64,000 bases of DNA from positions 37,334,248 through 37,398,247 of the forward strand of contig NC_052163.1 of NCBI RefSeq assembly GCF_902713615.1. The letters are read 5' to 3'. The DNA is from Scyliorhinus canicula (lineage: Eukaryota). Position 1 is the first letter of the stretch; every line of letters starts with the position of its first letter. Under the pieces are notes generated by a model. The model made no database searches. It saw only the letters and a program-made list of their open reading frames with translations, and was not told the DNA's origin. The translations under genes and the position numbers were made by a program. Below, piece by piece: positions 12,729 to 23,651 of the stretch.

Positions 12729-13514
12729 TTCCTTGAAGAGTTCAAAGAGGGTTGGGTTCTAAGTGAATTTCAATTGCATTCCAATCATGACAATTTACAG
12801 AAAATCTGACGTTGCCATGCGGACGCCTGCAAAACGAATGAAAAGAATCTGTACATTTGGGGATTGGAAAACCTGGCTGTACACGTTTTGTAAAGCTGCA
12901 TGAGCAACACTACAAAATTGCTTGGTCTTGATGTGAACAATTTCCCAGAAATATTGCTGAAATGTACAATTACTGTAGAAAGGAAGAGATTTCAGTCATG
13001 ATGAGTGAGTAATGGGGACGGCTGTGGACAGAATTTAGAAACTGCATGTAATGCAGGATTCGGATACAAATTGTCTACAGATCTTCTAATAGTGGTGGCA
13101 TAGTCAGAATTATATGTAACTACAAGGATCAGGGATTCATGTGGCAAAAATAAAATGATCAATTGAAATTTTTAATTTTCACATGGACTGATTGAAGCAG
13201 AGCAGTAGCAGAGGCCATGTTAAATTCCTTTAGTGTCCAAAAAGGTTACTTGGGGTTACTGGGTTTTGGGGATAGGGTGGAGCTGTGGGCTTAATAAGGG
13301 TGCCCTTTCCAAGGGCCGGTGCAGATTTGATGGGCCGAATGGCCCCCTTCTACACTAAATTCTATGAAATTCTATGAATTAATTTCTCAGATGCATTTGG
13401 GACAGTTTCCTTGAACAATGCAATACATTTTCTTGGAATGGGATATCACCCAGCATTCCCAGCTGCCTAAATTTGTTTTGCTCAAAGTTATTTTGTTGAG
13501 AAAGGTTCCGGGAA
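12729..13514. promoter_or_regulatory. Cluster of five GAS-type (TTCN3GAA) STAT motifs
   Basis: TTCCTTGAA 12729, TTCCCAGAA 12942, TTCCTTGAA 13407, TTCTTGGAA 13430, TTCCGGGAA 13506; AP-1 TGAGTCA at 12662. Motif match only. Confidence 0.35.
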
Positions 13515-14764
13515 ATATGAGCTATTAATGCTCTTCTTGGACAAAAACTTTCCCAAATAACCCAAAGCAGCTGTTTTGCATTTCAAGGGAACGTTTGGCA
13601 GCAGATCTAATAGGAGACTATTTCATTTGTCATCGCTTCACAATTTCTGAATATCTTTCAGTTCTGGGAGATGTTCATATCAGACTGTTTCAGGGCAACC
13701 TCAAGGAATCCTCACACAACCAGCAATCTATAATCTCTCCATGGGTCTGGGGGTCACACTTTTCCAACAAAAATATAGCAATTCCTTTTGTGAGCCCAGA
13801 ACTACTCCCTCATGACACAGTCACTTGCCTGCCCAATCAATCAGCAAAATCTAAATGTGGCGAGGTAGCGGCAGATAGAGGTTTATTAGAAAAGTCAGAA
13901 TGTGATGGCATCACACAAGAGTATGTTATTCTACTTTTAAAATAAAGCCAGTTACATTGGTTTGTACAGAGGACTAGAATAACGCATTTGTTTGCACTGG
14001 AGTGCTGAACTTGGTGCATTTGAGTGCTGTAGTGAGAGTTTGGCGACTGAGGGAGTGCTGAACTTGGTGCATTAGAGTGCTATAGTGAGAGTTTGGTGAC
14101 TGAGGGAGTTAGGTGAGGAGGGAGCAAGGTTCTCCTTTCATTTCATTTCCGCAAAGAGAGAGAGGGGAGCCAGGAGTTTACAGAGTGCAGCTGACTGGGA
14201 GCAGAATCGGAGGGCGGAGGTCCGGTTGGTCCACAGGGCAGCTATATTCTGTAAAGTAAGAGGGGGGTGGAGGCTAGGGCAGTTGCATGCTCCTTCTGTA
14301 GGCTGTGGGTGGTGAGGGATACCACCGGTGTCCCCGCTGACTATATCTGCGGGAAGTGCACCCAACTCCAGCTCCTCAGAGACCGTGTTAGGGAACTGGA
14401 GCTGGAGCTAGGTGAACTTCGGAGCATCCGAGAGGCAGAGGAGATTATCGAGAAGAGTTGCAGAGAGGTAGCCACACCCAAGGTACTGGACAAGAGTAGC
14501 TAGGTTACAGTCAGGGGAAGGAAAATGAACAGGCAAACAGTGCAGGGATCCCTCGTGGCCGTTCCCCTTCAAAACAAGTATACCGTTTTGGATGCTGTTG
14601 GGGGGGATAACCTAAAGACCCTAGCAGCCAGGTCTCTGGCACTGAGTCTGGCTCTGGGGCTCAGAAGGGAAGGGGGGCAATTAGAAAAGCAATAGTAATA
14701 GGAGATTCAATGGTTAGGGGAATAGATAGGAGATTCTGTGGTCGCGAGCGAGACTCCTGGAAGG

Positions 14765-16438
14765 TGTTGGTCGTTCTGGGTGAGTGTGCTTAACACTCAA
14801 TTTGGCTCTGTTTCTTTACTTAGCTCTAGGTATCGTTAAGATACCGCCACAAGTTCAAGGTGAAGTTCAAAGCAATAAAACCATACACCAATTAGTAAGT
14901 TCAAACAACTGAGTTTATTATAATACAAGTATAATAACTACTATTTATAAAATATTAAAGCATGCCGCTGTTCAGAGAGACTTGGGTGTGCTAGTGCATG
15001 AGTCACAGAAGGTTGGTTTACAAGTGCAACAGGTGATTAAGAAGGCAAATGGAATTTTGTCCTTCATTGCTAGAGGGATGGAGTTTAAGACTAGGGAGGT
15101 TATGTTGCAATTGTATAAGGTGTTAGTGCGGCCACACCTGGAGTATTGTGTTCAGTTTTGGTCTCCTTACTTGAGAAAGGACGTACTGGCACTGGAGGGT
15201 GTGCAGAGGAGATTCACTAGGTTAATCCCAGAGCTGAAGGGGTTGGATTACGAGGAGAGGTTGAGTAGACTGGGACTGTACTCGTTGGAATTTAGAAGGA
15301 TGAGGGGGGCTCTTATAGAAACATTTAAAATTATGAAGGGAATAGATAGGATAGATGCGGGCAGGTTGTTTCCACTGGCGGGTGACAGCAGAACTAGGGG
15401 GACATAGCCTCAAAATAAGAGGAAGTAGATTTAGGACTGAATTTAGGAGGAACTTCTTCACCCAAAGGGTTGTGAATCTATGGAATTCCTTGCCCAGTGA
15501 AGCAGTTGAGGCTCCTTCATTACATGTTTTTAAGGTAAAGATAGATAGTTTTTTGAAGAATAAAGGGATTAAGGGTTATGGTGTTCGGGCCGGAAAGCGG
15601 AGCTGAGTCCACAAAAGATCAGCCATGATCTCATTGAATGGCGGAGCAGGCTCAAGGGGCCAGATGGCCTACTCCTGCTCCTAGTTCTTATGTTCTTATG
15701 TTCTTACCCATGCACACGCTAAAAGGATTAAACTTATTCCTACCGCTAAATAAACTAATACTTATCTCGAAGGAACTGCCGGGTCAGGGAACAAGGCCTC
15801 TTGCTCTGCTCTGGTCTGCAGACTTCAGGTTGGTATAAGTTAAAAGGGGTCAGGAGTGTCTATCTCTGGTAGTGATCGTTGTGAGACACTTACTTGTTGG
15901 CGGCTGCTGTCCAAACCCTCTCCTCTCTCTCGTTCAAGGTCTTCTTGGCAAAAGCTGGTCGAGGTGCTGGTCCACGGAGGAGTGCTAGTCCAGGAGAGAG
16001 GAGGGCTGGACGAGAAGACTGAACCAGTCCCTTTCGGCGGACTCCCTTACCTGCTTGGAATCAATTGGGTCTCTTCCCAATCGATATGTTTGAATCCCCC
16101 CAATACTGAGGCTGTTCCTTAGCTACTGGGCGGGCTCTAAGGCTCTTTGTTTTTGAACCCTGTTGGTGCCTGAGTGTCTGGTATCCTTTACAATGTTGCA
16201 GTTGCTTCCTCATTTGTGTCCATTGTATCTAGAATCGTTCCATTAACATGCTAATTATCCCGGTGATTATCTCATTAGTATGCGGAATGTTCGGTTCGGT
16301 GCTGTCTGCTTTCTTAGCAGACAGAATCCACACCTGCAAGGTGCAGCCTGCTGGGGCTGCAAACATTGTCCATTTTATCCTGTATGCTTTGCGTTCCTCC
16401 ATTTTGTATTTAGGGAATGGCCAACTTTGGTGGCTACA
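14765..16438 (-). mobile_element. Solo LTR inserted in CR1-A ORF1
   Basis: TG..CA termini, AAGG 4-bp TSD; same family as 34845-35732; itself interrupted at 14942-15704. Confidence 0.9.
14942..15704 (+). mobile_element. CR1 3' fragment nested in the solo LTR
   Basis: RPHLEYCVQFWSP motif and (ttcttatg)n tail; the LTR sequence resumes at tacccatgc. Confidence 0.9.
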
Positions 16439-17906
16439 AAGGTATGTTGCCTCCCGGGTGCCAGGGCCAGGGATGTCTCGGATCGTGTCTTCAGGATTCT
16501 GAAGGGGGAGGGTGAGCAGCCAGAAGTTGGGTGCACATTGGTACTAACGATGTAGGTAGGAAAAGGGGTGTGGTGGTAATAAACAAGTTTAGGAGTTAGG
16601 CTGGAAGTTAAAGACCAGGACAGACAGAGTTGTCATCTCTGGTTTGTTGCCGGTGCCACGTGATAGCGAGGCTAGGAATGGGGAGAGAGTGCAGTTGAAC
16701 ACATGGCTGCAGGAATGGTGTAGCAGGGAGGGCTTCAGGTATTTGGATAATTGGAGCGCATTCTGGGGAAGGTGGGACCTGTACAAGCAGGACGGGTTGC
16801 ATCTGAACCGGAGGGGCACCAATATCCTGGGAGGGAGGTTTTCTAGTACTCTTCAGGAGGGTTTAAACTAATTTGACAGGGGAATGGGAACAGGATTTGT
16901 AGTCCAGCAACTAAGGAAGCTGATATTCAGGCCGCCAAAGCATGTAGTGACGCAGTGGGGAAGGTAACACTGACAAAGGAGAGTACTTGCAGGCAAGGAG
17001 ATGGGTTGAAGTGCGTATATTTCAACGCAAGAAGCATCAGGAATAAGGTGGGTGAACTTAAGGCATGGATCGGTACTTGGGACTACGATGTGGTGGCCAT
17101 CACGGAAACCTGGATGGAAGAGGGGCAGAAATGGTTGTTGGAGGTCCCTGGTTATAGATGTTTCAACAAAATTAGGGAGGATGGTAAAAGAGGTGGGGGG
17201 TGGCATTGTTAATTAGAGATAGTATAACAGCTGCAGAAAGGCAGTTCGAGGAGGATCTGCCGACTGAGGTAGTATGGGTTGAAGTCAGAAATAGGAAAGG
17301 AGCAGTCACCTTGTTGGGAGTTTTCTATAGGCCCTCTAATAGCAGCAGAGATGTTGAGGAACAGATTGGGAAACAGATTTTGGAAAGGTGCAGAAGTCAC
17401 AGGGTAGTAGTCATGGGTGACTTCAACTTCCCAAACATTGAGTGGAAACTCTTTAGATCAAATAGTTTGGATGGGGTAGTGTTTGTGCAGTGTGTCCAGA
17501 AAGCTTTTCTAACACAGTATGTAGATTGTCCGACCGGGGGGAGGCCATATTGGATTTAGTACTTGGTAATGAACCGGGGCAGGTGATAGATTTGTTAGTG
17601 GGGGAGCATTTTGGAGGTAGTGACCACAATTCTGTGACTTTCACTTTAGTAATGGAGAGAGATAGATGCGTGCAACAGGGTAAGGTTTACAATTGGGGGA
17701 AGGGTAAATACAATGCTGTCAGACAGGAATTGAATTGCATAAGTTGGGAACATAGGCTGTCAGGGAAGGATACAAGTGAAATGTGGAACTTGTTCAAGGA
17801 ACAGGTACTACGTGTCTTTGATATGTATGTCCCTGTCAGGCAGGGAAGAGATGGTCAAGTGAGGGAACCGTGATTGACAAGAGAGGTTGAATGTCTTGTT
17901 AAGAGG

Positions 17907-18963
17907 AATTGGCTAGCTGAAAGAAGACAGAGGGTGGTGGTTGATGGCAAATGTTCATCCTGGAGTTCAGTTACTAGTGGTGTACCGCAAGGATCTGTTT
18001 TGGGGCCACTGCTGTTTGTCATTTTTATAAATGACCTGGAAGAGGGTGTAGAAGGATGGGTTAGTAAATTTGCAGATGACACGAAGGTCGGTGGAGTTGT
18101 GGATAGTGCTGAAGGATGTTATAGGATACAGAGGGACATAGATAAGCTGCAGAGCTGGGCTGGGTGGTGGCAGATGGAGTTTAATGCGGAAATGTGTGAG
18201 GTGGTTCACTTTGGAAGGAGTAACAGGAATGCAGAGTACTGGGCTAATGGCAAGATTCTTGGTAGTGTAGATGAACAGAGAGATCTCGGCATCCAGGTAC
18301 ATAAATCCCTGAAAGTTGCCACCCAGGTTAATAGGGCTGTTAAGAAGGCATATGGTGTGCTAGCCTTTATAAGCAGGGGGATTGAGTTTCGGAACCACAA
18401 GGTCATGCTGCAGCTGTACATAACTCTGGTGCGGCCGCACCTGGAGTACTGCGTGCAGTTCTGGTCACCACATTATAGGAAGGATGTGGAAGCTTTGGAA
18501 AGGGTTCAGAGGAGATTTACTAGGATGTTGCCTGGTATGGAGGGAAGGTCTTACGAGGAAAGGCTCAGGGAATTGAGGTTGTTTTCGTTAGAGAGGAGAA
18601 GGCTGAGAGGTGACTTAATAGAGACATATAAGATAGCCAGAGGGTTAGATAGGGTGGACAGTGAGAGTCTTTTTCCTCGGATGGTGATGACCAACACGAG
18701 GGGACATAGCTTTAAATTGAGGGGTGATAGATATAGGACAGATGTCAGAGGCAGTTTCTTTACTCAGAGAGTAGTAGGGGTGTGGAACGTCCTGCCTGCA
18801 ATAGTAGTAGACTCGCCAACTTTAAGGGCATTTAAGTGGTCACTGGATAGACATATGGATGAAAATGGAATAGTGTAAGTCAGATAGGCTTCAGATGGTT
18901 TCACAGGTCGGCGCAACATCGAGGGCCGAAGGGCCCGTACTGCGCTGTAGTGTTCTATGTTCT
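17907..18963 (+). mobile_element. CR1 3' fragment C nested in CR1-A ORF2
   Basis: RT C-terminal half (NWLAERRQRV..FADD..) plus ttctatg tail; the host reading LVKR..KETYVRL resumes at 18964. Confidence 0.85.
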
Positions 18964-19333
18964 AAGGAGACTTATGTAAGGCTGAGGAAACAAGGTACAG
19001 ACAGGGCGCTGGAGGGATACAAGATAGCCAGGAGGGAACTGAAGAAAGGGATTAGGAGAGCTAACAGAGGGCTTGAAAAATCTTTGGCCGGTACGATCAA
19101 GGAAAACCCCAAGGCCTTTTACACGTATGTGAGAAATATGAGAATGAGTAGAGCGAGGGTAGGTCTGATCAAGGACAGTAGCGGGAGATTGTGTATTGAG
19201 TCTGAAAAGATAGGAGAGGTCTTGAACGAGTACTTTTCTTCAGTATTTACAAACGAGAGGGGCCATATTGTTGGAGAGGACAGTGTGAAACAGACTGGTA
19301 AGCTCGAGGAGATACTTGTTAGGAAGGAAGATG

Positions 19334-22300
19334 GTGCAGGCGGGAGGGATTCAGATTTCTGGATAACTGGGGCTCTTTCTGGGGAAGGTGGGACCTCTAT
19401 AGACAGGATGGTCTACATCTGAACCTGAGGGGCACCAATATCCTGGGGGGGAGATTTGTTAGTACTCTTTGGGGGGGTTTAAACTAATTCAGCAGGGGCA
19501 TGGGAACCTGGATTGTAGTTTTGGGGTACGGGAGATTGAGAGTAGAGAGGTCAGGAGCACAGTTTTGACTTCGCAGGAGGGCGGCAGTGTTCAGGTCTGT
19601 GGTTTGAAGTGTGTCTATTTCAATGCCAGGAGTATACGAAATAAGGTAGGGGAACTGGCAGCATGGGTTGGTACCTGGGACTTCGATGTTGTGGCCATTT
19701 CAGAGACATGGATAGAGCAGGGACAGGAATGGTTGTTGCAGGTTCCGGGGTTTAGGTGCTTTAGTAAGGTCAGAGAAGGGGGCAAAAGAGGGGGAGGTGT
19801 GGCGCTGCTAGTCAAGGACAGTATTACGGTGGTAGAAAGGATGCAAGATGGGGACTCTTCTTCCGAGGTAGTATGGGCTGAGGTTAGAAACAGGAAAGGA
19901 GAGGTCACCCTGTTGGGAGTTTTCTATAGGCCACCTAATAGTTCTAGAGATGTAGAGGAAAGGATGGCGAAGATGATTCTGGAAAAGAGCGAAAGTAACA
20001 GGGTAGTTGTTATGGGAGACTTTAACTTTCCTAATATTGACTGGAAAAGATATAATTCGAGTACATTGGATGGGTCGTTCTTTGTACAATGTGTGCAGGA
20101 GGGTTTTCTGACACAATATGTTGACAGGCCAACAAGAGGTGAGGCCACTTTGGATTTGGTTTTGGGTAATGAACCAGGCCAGGTGTTAGATCTGGAGGTA
20201 GGTGAACACTTTGGAGACAGTGACCACAATTCGGTGACCTTTACGTTAGTGATGGAAAGGGATAAGTATACCCCGCAGAGCAAGAGTTATAGCTGGGGGA
20301 AGGGCAATTATGATGCCATTAGACATGACTTAGGATGTGTTGGTTGGAGAAGTAGGCTGCAAGGGTTGGGCACACTGGATATGTGGAGCTTGTTCAAGGA
20401 ACAGCTATTGCATGTTCTTGATAAGTACGTACCAGTCAGGCAGGGAGGAAGGGGTCGAGCGAGGGAACCGTGGTTTACCAAAGAAGTGGAATCTCTTGTT
20501 AAGAGGAAGAAGGAGGCCTATGTGAAGATGAGGCGTGAAGTTTCAGTTGGGGCGCTTGATAGTTACAAGGAAGCGAGGAAGGATCTAAAGAGAGAGCTGA
20601 GACGAGCAAGGAGGGGACATGAGAAGTCTTTGGCAGGTAGGATCAAGGAAAACCCAAAAGCTTTCTATAGGTATGTCAGGAATAAAAGAATGACTAGGGT
20701 AAGAGTAGGGCCAGTCAAGGACAGTGGTGGGAAGTTGTGTGTGGAGGCTGAGGAGATAAGCGAGATACTAAATGAATACTTTTCGTCAGTATTCACTCAA
20801 GAAAAAGATAATATTGTGGAGGAGAATGCTGAGACCCAGGCTATTAGAATAGATGGCATTGAGGTGCGTAGGGAAGAAGTGTTGGCAATTCTGGACAAGG
20901 TGAAAATAGATAAGTCCCCGGGGCCGGATGGGATTTATCCTAGGATTCTCTGGGAAGCCAGGGAAGAGATTGCTGAGCCTTTGGCTTTGATTTTTAGGTC
21001 ATCATTGGCTACAGGAATAGTGCCAGAGGACTGGAGGATAGCAAATGTGGTCCCTTTGTTCAAGAAGGGGAGTAGAGATAACCCCGGTAACTATAGGCCG
21101 GTGAGCCTAACGTCTGTGGTGGGTAAAGTCTTGGAGAGGATTATAAAAGATACGATTTATAATCATCTAGATAGGAATAATATGATTAGGGATAGTCAGC
21201 ATGGTTTTGTGAAGGGTAGGTCATGCCTCACAAACCTTATCGAGTTCTTTGAGAAGGTGACTGAACAGGTAGACGAGGGTAGAGCAGTTGATGTGGTGTA
21301 TATGGATTTCAGTAAAGCGTTTGATAAGGTTCCCCACGGTCGGCTATTGCAGAAAATACGGAGGCTGGGGATTGAGGGTGATTTAGAGATGTGGATCAGA
21401 AATTGGCTAGTTGAAAGAAGACAGAGAGTGGTAGTTGATGGGAAATGTTCAGAATGGAGTTCAGTTACGAGTGGCGTACCACAAGGATCTGTTCTGGGGC
21501 CGTTGCTGTTTGTCATTTTTATAAATGACCTAGAGGAGGGCGCAGAAGGATGGGTGAGTAAATTTGCAGACGACACTAAAGTCGGTGGAGTTGTAGACAG
21601 TGCGGAAGGATGTTGCAGGTTACAGAGGGACATAGATAAGCTGCAGAGCTGGGCTGAGAGGTGGCAAATGGAGTTTAATGTGGAGAAGTGTGAGGTGATT
21701 CACTTTGGAAAGAATAACAGGAATGCGGAATATTTGGCTAATGGTAAAATTCTTGGTAGTGTGGATGAGCAGAGGGATCTCGGTGTCCATGTACATAGAT
21801 CCCTGAAAGTTGCCACCCAGGTTGATAGGGTTGTGAAGAAGGCCTATGGTGTGTTGGCCTTTATTGGTAGAGGGATTGAGTTCCGGAGCCATGAGGTCAT
21901 GATGCAGCTGTACCAAACTCTGGTACGGCCGCATTTGGAGTATTGCGTACAGTTCTGGTCGCCTCATTATAGGAAGGACGTGGAAGCTTTGGAACGGGTG
22001 CAGAGGAGATTTACCAGGATGTTGCCTGGTATGGAGGGAAAATCTTATGAGGAAAGGCTAATGGACTTGAGGTTGTTTTCGTTAGAGAGAAGAAGGTTAA
22101 GAGGTGACTTAATAGAGGCATACAAAATGATCAGAGGGTTAGATAGGGTGGACAGCGAGAGCCTTCTCCCGCGGATGGAGGTGGCTAGCACGAGGGGACA
22201 TAGCCTTAAATTGAGGGGTAATAGATATAGGACAGAGGTCAGAGGTGGGTTTTTTACGCAAAGAGTGGTGAGGCCGTGGAATGCCCTACCTGCAACAGTA

Positions 22301-22469
22301 GTGAACTCGCCAACATTGAGGGCATTTAAAAATTTATTGGATAAGCATATGGATGATAAGGGCATAGTGTAGGTTAGATGGCCTTTAGTTTTTTTTTTCC
22401 ATGTCGGTGCAACATCGAGGGCCGAAGGGCCTGTACTGCGCTGTATCGTTCTATGTTCTATGTTCTATG
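19334..22469 (+). mobile_element. CR1 LINE B nested in CR1-A, with intact ORF2
   Basis: Contains the ORF1 end, ORF2 and a (ttctatg)3 tail; the host sequence gaagatg|tgttgga is rejoined across it. Confidence 0.92.
19469..22372 (+). CDS. CR1 ORF2: APE-type endonuclease plus reverse transcriptase
   Basis: 967-codon open frame with NARS, ISETW, GDFN, SDH, KSPGPDG and FADD motifs. The true start is uncertain (probably near 19600). Confidence 0.92.
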   Translation: MGGFKLIQQGHGNLDCSFGVREIESREVRSTVLTSQEGGSVQVCGLKCVYFNARSIRNKVGELAAWVGTWDFDVVAISETWIEQGQEWLLQVPGFRCFSKVREGGKRGGGVALLVKDSITVVERMQDGDSSSEVVWAEVRNRKGEVTLLGVFYRPPNSSRDVEERMAKMILEKSESNRVVVMGDFNFPNIDWKRYNSSTLDGSFFVQCVQEGFLTQYVDRPTRGEATLDLVLGNEPGQVLDLEVGEHFGDSDHNSVTFTLVMERDKYTPQSKSYSWGKGNYDAIRHDLGCVGWRSRLQGLGTLDMWSLFKEQLLHVLDKYVPVRQGGRGRAREPWFTKEVESLVKRKKEAYVKMRREVSVGALDSYKEARKDLKRELRRARRGHEKSLAGRIKENPKAFYRYVRNKRMTRVRVGPVKDSGGKLCVEAEEISEILNEYFSSVFTQEKDNIVEENAETQAIRIDGIEVRREEVLAILDKVKIDKSPGPDGIYPRILWEAREEIAEPLALIFRSSLATGIVPEDWRIANVVPLFKKGSRDNPGNYRPVSLTSVVGKVLERIIKDTIYNHLDRNNMIRDSQHGFVKGRSCLTNLIEFFEKVTEQVDEGRAVDVVYMDFSKAFDKVPHGRLLQKIRRLGIEGDLEMWIRNWLVERRQRVVVDGKCSEWSSVTSGVPQGSVLGPLLFVIFINDLEEGAEGWVSKFADDTKVGGVVDSAEGCCRLQRDIDKLQSWAERWQMEFNVEKCEVIHFGKNNRNAEYLANGKILGSVDEQRDLGVHVHRSLKVATQVDRVVKKAYGVLAFIGRGIEFRSHEVMMQLYQTLVRPHLEYCVQFWSPHYRKDVEALERVQRRFTRMLPGMEGKSYEERLMDLRLFSLERRRLRGDLIEAYKMIRGLDRVDSESLLPRMEVASTRGHSLKLRGNRYRTEVRGGFFTQRVVRPWNALPATVVNSPTLRAFKNLLDKHMDDKGIV

Positions 22470-22682
22470 TGTTGGATGTTTTGAAAAACTTGAGGATAGA
22501 CAAGTCCCCCGGGCCTGGGATATATCCAAGGATTCTATGGGAATCCGTATCAAAAGGGGTCACGTTGGAATGCACTGCCTGTGGAAGTCGTTGAGTCGGA
22601 AACATTAGGGAGCTTCAAGCGGCTATTGGATAGGTACATGGATTATGGTAGAATAATAGAGTGTAGATTAATTTGTTCTTAA

Positions 22683-22835
22683 GGACAGCACGGTAGCATT
22701 GTGGATAGCACAATTGCTTCACAGCTCCAGGGTCCCAGGTTCCATTCTTGTGCCTTTCCTCCGGGTGCTCCGGTTTCCTCCCACAGTCCAAAGATGTGCA
22801 GATTGCGTGGATTGGCCATGATAAATTACCCTTAG
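22683..22835 (+). mobile_element. tRNA-derived SINE, partial
   Basis: Head ggacagcacggtagcattgtgg..ggttcc (A/B-box-like), shared with other copies in the window. Confidence 0.75.
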
Positions 22836-23340
22836 TTTATCATAGAATTTTGGACACTATGATTAAACTAGGACAAAAGTTCGGCACAACATCGTGGGCC
22901 GAAGGGCCTGTTCTGTGCTGTATTTCTCTATGTTCTATGGTAATTCAGTAAACTAGAAATGTCAATATTCTCACAAGCCTTTCTCCTTACCCCTTTTTCT
23001 CTGTCAGGCTACAATTAAATTTTATTTTTCCCCTTCCCTTTAATTTCCTAGTCATTCATGTTTAAGCAGGAATTCTACGTTCAAAGAAAAGCCTGCAATT
23101 AAGTAACAGTTTCCGTGATCCCTGGATTATTCAAGTGCGTTGTGGCCAATAAAATCCCTTTGAAGTGTAGTCACTATTCCAATGCAGGAAACACAGCAGA
23201 TAATTTTGTGAACAGCAAATCCCCACAAACAGCACCAGTTAATCTCTTTTAGTGATTTTAATTGGGGGATAAATATTGGTCAGGACCCTGAGGATACTTC
23301 CCGTGCTCTTCTTTGACAAAAGTAACATGGAGTCTTCCAA

Positions 23341-23651
23341 TAATAATAATAATCTTTATTAGTGTCACAAGTAGGCTTGTATTAACGCTGTAGTGAAGTG
23401 CTTTGAAAATCCCCTCGTCGCCACTTTCCGGCGCCCGTTCGGGTACGCTGAGGGAGAATTCGGAATGTTTAAAACACCTAACAGTATGTCCTTCGGGACT
23501 TGTGGGAGGAAACCAGAACATCCGGAGGAAACCCACCCAGATACTGGGAGAACGTGCAGACTCCAAACAGACAGTGACCCAAGCCAGGAATCGAACCTGG
23601 TCCCTGGTGCTGTGAAGCAACAGTGCTAACCATTCTGCTACCATGCCGCCC
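23341..23651 (-). mobile_element. tRNA-derived SINE
   Basis: Head gggcggcatggtagcagaatggttagc..ggttcgattcc, body, and (att)n tail. Confidence 0.85.

Larger units (their letters stand above)
13985..22938 (+). mobile_element. CR1 LINE A, originally full length, split by nested insertions and internally deleted
   Basis: 5'UTR with a duplicated unit of about 53 bp (14000-14107); ORF1 zinc finger (CSFC..YICGKC) and esterase-like GDS motif; ORF1 resumes at 16439; endonuclease 16955-17870; pieces at 18964-19333 and 22470-22550; 3' tail at about 22938. Confidence 0.85.

Noticed and set aside
14000-14107. Tandem repeat of about 53 bp
   Set aside because: Only two units, inside the CR1 5'UTR; not a CRISPR-like or satellite array.
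19615-22365. Many 60-145-aa ORFs antisense to the CR1 ORF2 (likewise around the Gypsy elements and GC-rich MITEs)
   Set aside because: Shadow frames produced by coding-strand codon bias or high GC; they recur in each copy of the repeat.
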